Shown here: one piece after another, positions 10,590 to 23,900 of the stretch
How the letters are laid out: each line of letters begins with the position of its first letter
How positions within the stretch are numbered: the first letter of the stretch is position 1
Origin: Lama guanicoe
Lineage: Eukaryota
Direction: 5' to 3'
Length of the DNA stretch: 64,000 nt
NCBI GenBank assembly: GCA_013239625.1
Contig: MU054220.1
Location: 3,163,374-3,227,373, forward strand
The notes under the pieces: model-generated
Database searches by the model: none
What the model was told of the DNA's origin: nothing
The model's input: only the letters and a program-made list of their open reading frames with translations
Program-made: the position numbers and the translations under genes

Positions 10590-12140
10590 GGAGTCTCGAA
10601 GACCTGGGTCCATATCCTGGCTGTATGACTCTGGGTAAGTCATTTAATCGCTTTTGATCCTCAGTTTTTGCATCTATAAACTGGGGATACCCGAGTGATG
10701 TCATCTGCAAAAGTGATGAACCTGATGCTGGGCATGTAAGAGGTGTTTAGTGCCCACCAGCTCCTTTTTTCTTGTTCTCTTTCCCCATAATCTGTCTGGG
10801 TCTTTCCACACTCACCTCCCCAGGCAGGGTGACTGTCACATCTCTTCTTTGAAGGATTGGTCATATAATAAGGCAAAAGAGGCCTGATGCATGTAGTATA
10901 ATTTGGAAGTTCCTAGGTTTTCTCACCTATACATGAGTAGGTTGGATACGATGATATGAGTTGTTGCTCATCTCTGACTTTCATGAATGTTATACTCTAT
11001 TGAGGTCTTGGGATCTTGACCTTGGATATTCAATGTGGGGCCAGAGAGGACCCAACTGATCCTGAGGGTGAAAGGCTGGCCTGGATCCCTGGGGAGAGAG
11101 CTCCAGGTCACACAGTCCTCTCCCCACAATGAGAGTGGGGTGGGTGGGGCTGGCACTGGGGACAGAGTGAGAGGGTATTGCTATAATTAGAACACCCAGT
11201 CTTATGTCAGTTCCATGCTAACACTTTTCTACAGAGTCAGGCTGACACCCATGACTTAGAAGAATACTTTGTCAAAATAATTTTTTTCATTAGAAAAAGA
11301 AAAATTCTTGCCAAAGCAGCAGAGCCATATCACCCAGGGCTCTCTGAGGGAGATCTCGCTGGTAAAAAGCTCTGAGCAGAGAAGTCTGCTTGTTGATCCT
11401 TCGAGACCTGGGACTGGGGTGGACTTGAGATCTGAGGGGTTCCTGTCAAAGTCTGGCTCTCAGAGGTCAAGGTCCCACACATATCTGGGGGATGGAAATA
11501 AAAATGCTTGGAGTGTAGAGCTCCAGTCGAACCTGTAAGGGGAAAGAGCTCAAGATCTCGCTGCCTTTTGGGAGGGCAGGGCTGGAGCCAACTTATCCCG
11601 AGCGAGGTACTATGACACTCTTCTCTTAGACCCAGTTTTCTATTTTGAAAAGTAGGAATAATAATGCCTAAACTAGGCATTTACCATTGGCATTAGATTA
11701 GATGGTTTATGGAAAAGTGCCTGTTTCAGTGAAGATGTAGGTATGATTTTTGACAGTAATCTGTGGAAGAGCAGAGAACTTGGATCTAAGACACCTGCGT
11801 TCTGGTCCTGGCTCTGACCCTGACCTGCTGCCTGATCTTAGGCTGGTCATTTCTGTTCTCTGGGCCTAAGTTTCCTCATTTGTGTAAATAGGACGTTAAT
11901 GCCTTCCGTGCCTTTCTCCCAGGGCATCATATTGAAGAGCCTCCTTTCTAAACAACATAATACCGTACACCACCAGATAGGAGTCGCATAAAAATTGGGA
12001 TTGGCGCAGTGCTTGTTATTAAACCAACAATATTATTTCCAGGTCATGGATGAGAAAACAGAGACACAAAGAGGTTGAATAGCTTGACTGAGCTGGTGTA
12101 GCCCCGGCAACCTGGTTCCAATCTCCGTGCTCCTGACCGC
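10590..12140. mobile_element. Cluster of MIR relics (about 10590-10760 +, 11770-11930 +, 12020-12140 -)
   Basis: cctcagtttttgcatctataaactgggga; tctgggcctaagtttcctcatttgtgtaaatagg; gatgagaaaacagagacacaaagagg. Confidence 0.65.
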
Positions 12141-13289
12141 TGGGCCACGCGGCCTCTCTAGAAGGATCATAAGCCTTTATTATAAAAAAGGCTCAGTTCT
12201 ATAAGGATGTCCTACTCACAAAGAAGGTGCCAGGACTGTGAGTCCCTGAGAGTGTTTCCCCCATCCCTCTCCAGTCTTATGTCAGCCTGGAGGGTGGTGG
12301 AGCTTCTGGGGAGCAGTCTGAGTGGAGGAGCCATGCTCTGGGCTCCAGACTGGTGGATTTCTCCCTCCTCATGTGCTGACTCCCCCCCACCCCCAACAAA
12401 TGCCTATGAAACAGCTTTGTTCTCTGGGGCTTTGGAGGAATCAGGCTGGAAATCAAAATGATGACCTTCCTATGGTCCAGGTGGAGCCCATGGTGAAATG
12501 CTATACTCCTCCTCTGGAAAGTCTCCAAGACCCTGCCCTCTGGGCGATACAGCCCCAGAAGCTCCTGAATCATCTTCCCATTGCCCTGTGAGAGGGCTTT
12601 GAGGGCAGCCTGAATGCCTGGGGTGGGAGTGGTTACAGCCCAGAATTCAGAATGAGTCCAGCTAAGTGCCTAATGGGCTGGGCTGGGGACAGAGAGGAGG
12701 ATGGTGTCCTGAGTCTCCATTGCAGCCACAGCACAGGCCTAAGGGGAGGGCGTGTAGACTCCTAGCAGCCCTTGAGGGCATTAGCTCCAAGTCTCTGATT
12801 TTTCAGAGATGGAAACTGAAGTCTAGAGAGGGGAAAGGAGATGGCTAAAGTTACACAAGTTGGTTGCAAAGTTGGAAATAAAGTAGATCCTTATAAACCC
12901 TGTAGGCAGCACACCGTCTCCCGTCCCTGCCTGTCTCCCAGATCAACAATGAAAGGTGAGTAGGAAAGGGGCTGGAGGAAGGGGGTTTGTTCTTATCTCT
13001 GGGTTCTAGCTTCCCTCTTATGGCCTCTGTACTACTGCCTGACCAGCCAGGGTTCCAGGCTTGGGAGATCAACCTAAGACCTTTTCAAGAGAGGCCTTAA
13101 TCAGCAACCAGCTTTATGCACACATATGAGCCACTTCCCTTTAAAAACAGCATACAACTGAATGGCATCTTGCCTCCTGCCCACTGCCTTTCTTGTGCTA
13201 AGTCACCAAGGCAGATATATTCCAGGAGGAGGTGTTTCCTAAAGCAAGAGAGATCGCAATTCAGAAAGGGAGGGATGACTGAGAAACTG

Positions 13290-13830
13290 GCTTTTGTTGG
13301 GTACTTATTAAGGGACAGGCATGTATTGAAGGTTTTGCATATATATTGTAATTTAAATCTCATGCGAGCCTGTGAGGCAGGTGTTATTTAATTCTCATAT
13401 TACAGAGGAGAAAACTAAGGCTCAGAGAGAGGGATTTATTTGCTCTAGCTCACAGCTAGTAGGCACCAGAGGCAGGATTCACGTTCAGAGCTGTTTGATT
13501 CTAGGATCCAAACATTTACCATATGGAGTTGCTCTGTTAGGGGAACCAAGAATGTGAGAGAATTCCCTCTGGTGGGGCAAGAACTTGGATGACTTGCCCC
13601 AACTCCTGAGCCTCGGAGGAAGAGGGACATGAGGACCTTAGGGAATCAGCCACCACCTTCTCATTGGTGCTGTGGATCTCATTTGTATTGTGGGGCAGGG
13701 CTCGTCTTAGTGAGCCCATGGGACTAAATGTACAGAAGGAGACACTGAGGCTCAGAAAGGCCCAGATGCCAGCTCAAGGTAACACTATGTTTGGGGCAGA
13801 GTTAGAATTTGAACCCAGGTCTCTAGTAAC
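13290..13830 (-). mobile_element. Two MIR relics
   Basis: ttacagaggagaaaactaaggctcagagag; gacactgaggctcagaaagg...gaatttgaacccaggtct. Confidence 0.75.
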
Positions 13831-15739
13831 TCAGGTCTGGTGGTTTCCCAGGCTCAAGGGAGCTGTCCATGGTGTCAACCCCAGTTCCACTCTCTCTAGC
13901 TTGACTTGGCTTCTTATCTTGGATTCCTGCCTCAAAGGAACCTAAAGGGCCTCTTTAGGTAAAGAGAGACAAAGCCCTGAGAGGTCAAGTTCACATAGTA
14001 GGTCTCTATGCTGTTGGAATTATCTTGTCACACACTTTGTTGCCCATGGACTTTGCATTTTTAGATTGACATTTGAAATTTTCTTGTCTCCTTGTTTCAT
14101 CTTAAATGCTGCTTGAGACCAGGCTTTAAGCTTGCCTTGAACACTGACTCTGTCAAAGTAATAGAAATATCTTACAAGCCTGTGTTATTTGCTAATTTGC
14201 AAAGTGATTTTACTTTTCATTTTTAAAGTAATCTTTTGAGAAAGACAGATAGAATAGAAAGTAGAGATAAAATAGGAGAGATTCAGAGAGGTTGAGTGAC
14301 CATCTTAGGGTCACCCAGCTGTTGAGTGGGAGAATCAGAACTTGAATATGGTTCTTTGGTCTCCTTACCCTGATGTACCTTGCACGATCCCCAAGTACTC
14401 TTTTGAGCCAAATTTGATTCTGGAAGAAATTTTTTTGGGTTCAGACCTCTTTTTGAGTGCATATGTCTCCAACTGATCTGATCCTGTTCCCCCACCCCAC
14501 ATGTCAGCCTGCTTCCTAGCACTTGTTGGGGGTCCTGGCTCACTTGGCCTTGGGTAGATGCCCTCTTCAAAGCCATGCCAGGAGGAGAAAGGAGGTAGAC
14601 CATTTATCATCCATTCAAACCCCTCCCCAACTTATCCTGGATGGTGTCGGCCTGAGGGACATTGGCCAGAAAGTCACATGAAAACTGGATGGGGGCCCAC
14701 AATCTGGACCAAAGTTCCCTTCAAGACTGGGGAATGAGCATGGAGGGACTTAAGTGGGGGCTAAGAGAAAGAAGGCTGTGGAAGCAAATAGGAATCAGAA
14801 TGATGTTCATTGTCATCAAGGGGCATGATGACCACAACACTCTTTCTCAGTGTATGTGGACCCTCTTTCAAGCTGGAAGATTATGAAGATATCTTCAAGG
14901 TAGTTGTAACATACAGATTGACTCTCAGTCATAGGTCCCAAACAGGTTCCAAGATGTCTTTGCTTCTAAATCTGCTCCTCTGCATTAATACCACTTCCCA
15001 AGGAGGAATTAGTGGAAATTTCCTGTAGCCACTGTGTTTATGAGTGTGTGCATGCATTTGACTGGGCATATATCAGCCTCCTTTTCTCTTCTTTCTTTCT
15101 CTCTTGCTTTCTTTTCTCTTTTTTTATCTTACCCCCACCCATCCCATCTCTTCATCTGAGCAGAGATGGGTGAGGACCAAGTGACCTAGGACCCCAGGGG
15201 ATGATGACAGGAGTTGGGGAGAAGCTGGGAATGAGGAATCAGCATGACTGTTTCATCCAATCAGGTGATGAAAAAGAGCTGCTTCTCCCTTCCTTACCCC
15301 TCACCCTACACTTTATCTGTAATAAGCTCCCTTTCCTCAGATTTCCATGGAGGAGGAGAAGGGAGAAAATTATTCCTGTTCTGCTTCTAGAAAACTTTAA
15401 AATGCTATCACCATGGAAACTGCTCTCAAGCAGTCATGGAGAATGCTTGTGGGAGAGGGCAAGGGGAGGGGAGGGAAAAGGAGGGGAGGATGAAGAAGAT
15501 GCTGGTGTGAGATGCACACAGGGGTCTCCCCACTGCCCTAGCCCTGTCAGTTCTTGGTTTAGTTGATGCATAATAGAACTAGGCTATCTGGGCTGAGATG
15601 TCTCCCATGGAGGTGAGTGGGTACAGAGCTGTTACTGGACTGGAGGCTCTGTGTTTGTGTGAGAGTGGGGGAAGGGTACAGAGATAAAACAAGACCTCTG
15701 CTCTCAAAGGAATTTGTAAACTAGAGGGGGAGAAAGAAC

Positions 15740-16160
15740 TGACACTTATCTAGAAGTTGCTACATGCCATGCACTTCATTATATATTTTCTTTTTTTATC
15801 CTGACAAAAAAAAAAGCATTTAACCCTCATTTTACAGAGGAAGAAACTAGGCTCAGGGAAGCCAGTGACTTACCCAAGAACACACTTCCAGGCACTGACA
15901 GAGCTGGAATTTGAGAACTGGTCAGTCTGGTTGTTGCTGTGTATTCAGTGTCTACTTGTGCCAGGCACTGTGCTAGACACTTAGTATATTTATAACTCTT
16001 ACAGCTATATGGACAGGGAATTTTTACCTCCAATTCACAGAGGAGGAAACTGAGGCTCAGTGAGATTAAAGAATTTTCCCAAGGCCACATGGCTAAGAAG
16101 TGAGAGAACCAGGACAAAAAGGTAAGAGATGTAGTATTTGAATCCAGGTCATGTCTGATG
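15740..16160 (-). mobile_element. Two tandem MIR relics
   Basis: ctcattttacagaggaagaaactaggctcaggg and cacagaggaggaaactgaggctcagtgagattaa. Confidence 0.8.
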
Positions 16161-17434
16161 CTTTTTTACCACAGAAAATCAGTGCCTTTTTACCACATTT
16201 TGCAGCTGGATAATATCCACGAGAGTGAAGGGGGTGAGGGAATGCCAAGTGTGGGCTGAAGCTGGGGTGCCTCGCCTCAAGTGTCCATTGTGAAGACCGG
16301 GGTCACATGGAAACCTCTCACATCTTGTCTCTAAGGCACTGTCAACCCTGGAAAGTTTGATCCAGAGGTGGGGGTGATGATGAGGTTGTTCCACAATGAG
16401 ATCAGTGAACGGGGGTGTGGACAACAGCAGGAGATCCTACCTGAAAAGGGAGGAGAGTGGGCTGAGTGGAAGGAATGGTTGAATAGGAGAGTAACTGTGA
16501 AGGATAAAGTCCCTCATAGCTTAATTAAGAGGCACTCCTTTTCCCAGAGGGAAAGGGGAAGGAACTACATCAGTTAGAATGGGCTAGGTTGTGTTGCCAT
16601 AACAAACATCCCCAAAGATCAGTGGCTTGAAGGACTAGGACTCAGGTAGTCCTACCCAAGAGGTGATGGGCTTTCTAGAGTGCCATGCTCATCCCCTTCC
16701 TCCCCAGAGAGAGGGCAGGGAGAATTCTCCACAGGTGACTCCAGCTTCCTGCAAGGAGCCTGGTGAGGTAGACTTGTCATTTATTCACTTAGTCATTTAT
16801 TCATTTGATCCATAATTATTTAAATGCCACTATGGACAAGAGGAACTGTGAACATGAGACCTGGTCCCTGCCCTCAAGGAGCTTATGTTTTGAAATACTC
16901 ATTTTTCATCCCAAAGGTCAAGGATTTGATCATCTCCCAGCTTTAGGAGTTGGGGAGTTTCTAAGGTTGAAGAAGCTCACAGGGTTCCTACTCTAACAGA
17001 AGTTCCCCAAGGGTCAGTGGGGCTGGGCAGAGCAAGGGGGCACTGTCACATCACCTGGGCTTCATGGAAAGTCTGGGGAGCTGGCAGTCTCAGTGGAGCA
17101 TCTTGTAGGAGCAAACAGCTACCAAGTAATGCATTCAAGGCTGTGGGCAGAGCCTCTCCTAGCTGCCTCCTGCATCCAGAGAAGTTAGTGGGTTCAGACA
17201 GGAGCAGGAGGGTTCCTGGAGCCCAAACAGGTGAGCTTCCTGACATGTGAGAACTGGGGAGGGAGGCCATGGTCTTCCTAAGCCACTACTGTCTTGGGAG
17301 CTCTCAGTCTGTGTCACCCTACATGTACGCTGGGACTCAAAGAATTTTGCAGTCACTGGCTCAGTCTTCTCCCTCTGCCTCCACTGTGCTTCAGAGCTCA
17401 AAGCTTGGATGTTGTATGCTTGTCACATGGTCAC

Positions 17435-17520
17435 CTAGCTCCCCCGGGAACCTCTCCAGAGATGAGGAGCTCACTACCTTCAGAATCAGTCTGTTCCAAA
17501 GTCCTTTCTGATTTTACTTG
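17435..17520 (-). mobile_element. L3/CR1 LINE fragment
   Basis: aacctctccagagatgaggagctcactacctt...ctgttcca resembles the antisense CR1 3' region. Confidence 0.5.
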
Positions 17521-19056
17521 GCTACTTTGCCTAAGAGCCCACACCACCCACCAGCCACGTGGAGCCAGCACATGCCAGGATGCTGCGTGTCCTGGGTGCA
17601 ATGACACCCCTGCGATAGGCGGGCTGCTGATAGGGAGCGGGTGTTATGTGAGCATGCATCGCCCCAGGCAGATGGGGCTGGCTCTGCTGGGCTGTCAGTC
17701 AGAGACAGTAAAGCCTCAGCTCACTCTGGTTCCAGCAAGCACAACTATTTATAAAATATGACTCTTGCCAGGGAACAGGGAGAGGCTGAGACATCTGCTC
17801 CCTCTGCCGGGGTGGCCGGCATTCACCATATTGCTCTGGTTGGAGGAGCCCCAAAGACCCCATCAGCTCCCAGGGAGCCCCACCAACCCTGTTTCTCTGC
17901 CTTGCCCCTACGCACCAATGGACCATCTTAGGGATGCAGCTGCAGGTGGGGGATGATGCTCTCCTCAGGGTGCTGGCTCCCTTGTCCTGTCTGCTTCCAC
18001 ATCCAGCTTCTGGAGGGGAGAATGGTAAAGCTGGCCACCTCTCTGAATATCCAGTGGCATCTGTTTGCTTCTCACAGAGCTGGTTTCTGGCCAATCAGAC
18101 TTATTTCCCCTCTGAGACTGGATGTGTCTTGAAGACAGTGGCCATGAATTGTTCTTCGGTGCCAACAAGAAGTATGGCCCTTAGGGTCCTGTCAGAGCAG
18201 GGCTTGCAGTGGGCAGTGCCGCACAGTGAGTATGGACCTGGCTTTGGAGCATTGTGGAGCAGGCAGAGAGACCTGGGTTTGAATCCAGCTCCGTGATCTC
18301 TGTGTTTCAATTTTCTAATTGGTCAAGTGGAGATGAAAGGGATGTCCACCTCTCGTTGCTGTAATAATCGTGCATATTACCTATTGTGATATTTGTCACC
18401 TTTCAGTGAATGACTGAGCTGTGGACTGTGAAATGGAAGGAGTCCTGCTTTATGAGTCAGAAGATCTGAGTTCTTCCACTGTCAGCACAGAGTTGTACAT
18501 GTCTGGCACTCAATTTCTCCTTTTTAAGCCTCAGTTTCATCATTTGCTTAAGGGGTAGATATAATCATGACAATGACGTACATCCTGCCTCTCTCAGGGC
18601 TTATTGTGAGGCCAAGCTGGGGGAGTGCTGGGGAGGAGCAAACTGTAAAGTGCTTTGAGTGTTTGTTCCAACCGGGCCAGGGTGTGACCTAGGGGAGTGA
18701 CATTCTTGTATAAATGTGGAGGGAGTCAAGATAAACAGCCCTCAGAAAAGAAATGAACCCAGGTTGGGGAGCTTAATTCAGTCCATCACTTATAACTTGT
18801 TGTCTTTGGGGCAAGTTGTGTCATCTCTCTGTGTTTTCTCATCTGTAAAGTGGGGATAAGAATATTTCCTTCGTGTGATGCTATGAGGAAAATAATTTTC
18901 CTGACCATCTGGAAACTGAGGAAAAGTCCTCTCGGTGGGGGATTACTGGTGAGCAGCTTCCCTGGGAATGAAAGTATGATGGAGCTGACACAGTCATAGT
19001 TCCTGGTTGTGGAGCATGGACTGTGCGCCCTGCCGGAGGCTCACTATAATATGTCT

Positions 19057-19127
19057 TTTCTTTATTAAATTAGAGTTGGCTTATGATGTTATGTCAGTTT
19101 CAGGTGTGCAATCTAGTGATTCGATGT
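19057..19127 (-). mobile_element. About 70-bp 5'-truncated L1 3' end inserted in a MIR
   Basis: tagagttggcttatgatgttatgtcagtttcaggtgtgcaatctagtgattc resembles the L1 termini at 21.6 and 28.9 kb; TSD actataatatgtct 19043-19056 / actatattatttct 19128-19141 (12/14). Confidence 0.7.
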
Positions 19128-21444
19128 ACTATATTATTTCTAACAACAATCCCACCGTGAGGATATTCTCTTGTCCATTTTACAGATGGGGAAACTGAGG
19201 CACAGAATGTTAGCTCACGTCTAAGATTTGGCAAATGGCAGAGTGAGGAATCAAACCCCATTTCTAGCGTCTGTGTTCTGCAGTCACGTTATTCTATGCC
19301 CACTGAAAATTCCCAGGGCCCCTCTAAAAGAGGTCATGGAGGGTTCAAAGGAGTTAGGGCCATTTTCCAGAAGGTCAAAGGGCTAGGGTGGAAGGTAGCT
19401 CCCCAGACTCAGACTACAAAAGTGCCTTCAGGCAAAATCCCCCAAAATCTGTTCCAGAGGCAGTGGGTTTGGAAGTTTGAAAAGTTAAATTTCTCAGGGG
19501 CACAGAGTGTGTTGCTGGAGATGCTCAACTTACTTGGAGCCAAGTTTTGGAGAATCTTGAGGGTCATAAAGAGGTGCTTGGACCTGAGGCTAGGGGTAAT
19601 AGGGAGCCATTGTAGCTGTTTGAGCAGGAGCATGGAACTATGAAAAGGATGCTGACAGAGACTTCGCAACTGAGGAGAAGACTAATGATAGAATAACAAT
19701 ACAAAAAATGACAATAATAATAAGAATGAAAGACTCAGGAGTATCTTGGCTGTCTTGACATCCTTCTTTCTTAATCAGATAAGCCACCTGGGAGTCTGGA
19801 GCAAAGCCATGTTCAGGATGGAGAGAGTCAGGGAGGGGAAAGGAGTTGGGTGGGGGGGAGCAAGGAGAGAGGAGACTGCCAGGATCTGGTGGCTCCAGGC
19901 AGAGAGAATACAGGAAGATGGGCTTTAAGGGAGACTTTGGGGTATGGCTTTTTCTATCAACACCCAGGCAAGGCCAAAAAGGCAGCCATATTAGTCTAGG
20001 GTTAGGTGTGTAGCTTGGCTGCTATCCAGCTGTGTGATCATGGGAAAAGTACTTGACTTCTCTGAGTCTCTGTTCCCTTATCTTTAATATCCAGAGAATA
20101 CATTGTCCTCCGCCATCCCCTCTCCCTGCCAAAAAGTTAGTTCAGTTCCATTCCTCTTCCTCCTGGCCTTGGGGGGGCAGATGTACAGAAAACATCTCAG
20201 TTCTTCTGACTCCTTTCTACAAAATGTGGGGTAGCTTTCCTTTGAAGGAGACATCTGAATTGACCTTGAAAGCAGGGATGCAACAGCTGGAAAATGGCAG
20301 GGAAAAAGACATTCCTGGCAGAGGGCACAGCAAGAGGAAAGGTACAGAGGCAACGATGGGTCTCTGTCTCATTATTTGTGCCTCTTCCGGGTCTATTACT
20401 CAACACTTTACAAGTACCTGATGGATGCCAGTACTTAGAAAACACTTGCAGGTGAGGTTTGCACCCATTTCTTGATTGGGATAAGTTGAGGTAGAAAGAA
20501 CATTGCTGCTAAAAAGGGAGAACAGAATTTGGAGGCCCTTTGGGCTCTGTGGGTGGTAACAGGCCTGTCAGTGAGCAGGCTGGAAGGGGAGACTTTGACT
20601 GCAGTCACATTATTTTTGCTCCCAAATTGAAATTAAAGATCATTTCATCTCCACATGCTGGAAATGCCTAGGTCCATTACTTCCCCAGATTTTGTCTATG
20701 CTCTCATTCTAGATTCAATTAGAGCAATTTAAGGTAATTAATTAAATTTGTTATTTGATTAATAAAGATAGAAATTCAGCTAAGTTGCTGTGAAGGAGGA
20801 AGCCATGTTGAGATTTGCTAGGAGAGGTTTGGGGAGACTCCTTCCTGCCTCCTGCTCTGCAATCCCCACCCCTCCACTAACCCACCACATCATCTATGAA
20901 CCCCCTACCATTCCAGCTTCAACCAAAGAGCCAGAGTTTCAAAGTCAGGTCCCTGTGTGTGGCTGTGTTCTAGAAAGAGCAGGAGGCTGGGGTGGCTGGA
21001 CAAATGTGGTCCATGGGGGAGATGTATGAAATGAGGAAGGAGCCATTAAGGCATCACGTCACCTGGAGGGGGTGGGGTGCTTGAGTAGGGGCCAGAAGGA
21101 CTTCAGCAGGCTGGAAGAAGCTGGACAGGCACAGAAGCTGGGGGCTGGGAACAGGAAGCCAAAGGCCAAACCACGGGAGTAGAAGGCAGGGACGAGAGGA
21201 GAGGGATGTCTAGCCAAAGCCAAGTGGAGCTGCCCAGCAGAGGCTGGATACAGATGTTAGGCACCAGCACTAATAGTGGGTCAAATCAGGAAGGAAAGAT
21301 CAGGTCAGACACCATAACAGGGAGTCAGTCAGAGTGGGTCAAGATTTAAAATTCAGAGGGTTTCTAACTATGACACAAACCCCAGCAATTCTGCAACATC
21401 CAGACCTGTAAATCTGATGGCATTTAAAAAATCTGCGTGGAACG

Positions 21445-21677
21445 AGGGGAGGGATAAATTAGGAGTTTGGGATCAACAGATACACATTACTGTATATAAA
21501 ATACATAAACAACAAGGACCTACTGTATAACACAGGGGCTATATTCAACATCTTGCAATAACCTATAATGGAAAAGAATCTGAAAAAGAATATATATATG
21601 TACAACTGAATCACTTTGCTGCACACCTGAAACTAACACAACATTGTAAATCAGCTATACTTCAACTAAAAAAAAAG
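21445..21677 (+). mobile_element. L1 3' UTR end (artiodactyl type)
   Basis: gggagggataaattaggagtttggg...tgaatcactttgctgcacacctgaaactaacacaacattgtaaatcagctatacttc followed by poly-A. Confidence 0.9.
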
Positions 21678-23400
21678 TGCCATGCTTTGTGTAAGACACA
21701 TTCTGTAATTTTCTTTCATGTCAGAATGTGACTAAAAGTCAAATGTGTACAATGAACCAATCAAGCACTGGTTCTTGCAGTAATGAAAGAAAGAAGAACA
21801 AATTTGGAGGGAGAAGTGTGTATAAACTCTACAGTATCTCAATAGTTGATATTTTAAGAAAATTAAAATAGAAAAAGATAGATTTTAAGTTTGTATTAAA
21901 ATGTATGACCTGATTTGCCTCCACACAGGCTCAGGCCAGAGAGGAAGGGGGCATAGGAGGGGTGAGCTTTGACTGCAAGCATCATGGAGCAGAAAGAATC
22001 CAAGACAGGAGATGTGGTTCCAAGGCCAGTTGTGTGTCACTGGTTGTTGAAATATGGGCAAAGCCCTTCTCTCTGGGTCTTCAGTTTCCCAACCGTAAAG
22101 TCAGGCCCTTTGGGCCAGATGGTTTCCATGGGCCCTTTGAACTCTGAGGAGTGGCACTTATGGGGTTTCATCCGGGACTTACAGAATCCCTGGGGCTGGG
22201 GAAGCCAGATGGACAGGCGGGCCATGGTGTCCCCCTGCCACCTCCCCTACATGACATCTGTGGTTCATGAGAAGCTCTCACAACATTTTCTCACTTGGGT
22301 CTTCCAACTACCCATGAGATACGTGATGATTACCCCCATTTTCCAGATGAGAAACCAAGGCTCAGCAAGATGAAGAAACCTGCCCAAAGTTACACACCCA
22401 GGAGGTGGGAGATGTGGGGTTCAGACCTAGTCCGAATGATTCAAGGCATCGTCTCTCTTGCCGCCGCTGCCCCCTCCTTGCTTAGTGATTATGTTTTTCA
22501 GTGGCGTAGAGGGGCCTCATCAACCCCTGTAGATGCTCAGTCAGGGCAGGGCCTCAGCAAGATCGTCCAGTGGCTGTTTCCACCCTCTGGCCCTCCAGAT
22601 GGCTCTATGACACCCCCTCCGCACTGCCTCATAACAGACCTGGAGGGCTGGGGCAGTCAACTTGCCTTCCCGCTACTCCAGGCCCATCTTTCTTCCTCCC
22701 AGGGATCTTGTGGAGACCTCAGGCCTCCACCCTGGCTTGGCCATGGCCAGGCCCGCCAGGCCCTCCTCTCTCACTCCAGGCTGGGTGAAAGGGCGCCAGT
22801 CTGTCTGGGGAGCCGCTTCTCCCTGTCCGCAGCCTGCCCAGTTCCTGCTGTGACCTCAGCTGCCATCCTTTCTTGTCACCTGCAGTAGCCAAGACGACCG
22901 ACAGCTCCTACTGGGTGGTGAGAAGAGGACGAGGTGGCAGGCGGGGTCGATTCGGCAGACGCAGCTCCCTGGCTGAGGGAGCCACCTGTTCTGTCTGAGG
23001 ATGTCATGGTGGAAGGGAGAAGACCAGGCCCCTCATAAAACACAAAGAGGCATGTCAGGGACTTTCAGGGTACTGAAGAAGAAGCTGGTTTATAAACCAG
23101 TGCCCTGGGCTCTGGTTGATCCAGCCTTCATGGAGTGATGGAAATGGCATGAATGTGGAATCAGAACTGGATTAGATGCCTTCCTCCAGGCCTGACTAGC
23201 TGTGTGGACTTAGGTAGGTTTCTTGACATCTCTGAGCTTTTGTTATGATTGATTCATGGACTCACTAGAGGCCTGCAATGAAACTCAATATACTTTGTAA
23301 GCACTAAAGTTTTAGTGGCTAAGAGCACGTTCTCCATGGCCAGAGAGGTGGGTTTAAATTCCAGTCCTTCTATGTGATCTTGGCCAAATGACTTCACCTC

Positions 23401-23900
23401 TGTGTCAGGTGATTTTGCTATTTAGCAAACACCCCACAACTCAGTGGCTCAATGCAGCAACCACTCATTTGGCTCATGGTTTTGGGAGTCAGGAGTTTCA
23501 GCTGGAACCAGCTGAGTTGTCCTTCTGGTCTGGGCAGGGCTCGGCCGATCTTGGCTGGGCTCTCTCATGTGGCTGCTGTCAGTTGGTAGGTCTCCTGGGT
23601 TTGGATGTTCATTTGGCCTCATTTGGGATGAATGGAACTCCTGGGCCTCACTCCACATGGTCTCTCCATCCAGCATGCTAGCTTGGGCTTGTTCACAGCA
23701 TGGTTTAAAGACTTTGAAGGCAGTCAGGGAGTGAGCCCCAGTGCGCAAGCACTCCTCAGGTCTCTGCAGGCATCCTGCTTGCTTCTGTCTTATTGGCCAA
23801 AGAAAGTCACGTGGCAAAGCCCTGCACTTTGTGGTGTGAGGGAACACTCGTGGGCATTGCGTGAGCAAACTGGGGACCATCACCGCAGCAGTCTATTGCT
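23401..23900 (-). mobile_element. Old MaLR LTR (MLT1 family) nested in a MIR (23310-24070)
   Basis: aaacaccccacaactcagtggctc...ctctccatccagcatgctagcttgggcttgttcac...tattggccaaagaaagtcacgtggc; MIR halves on both sides. Confidence 0.8.

Noticed and set aside
22295..22888. 197-aa ORF as a gene
   Set aside because: It starts inside a MIR (YPHFPDEKPRL is MIR-derived), with no family resemblance or exon structure.
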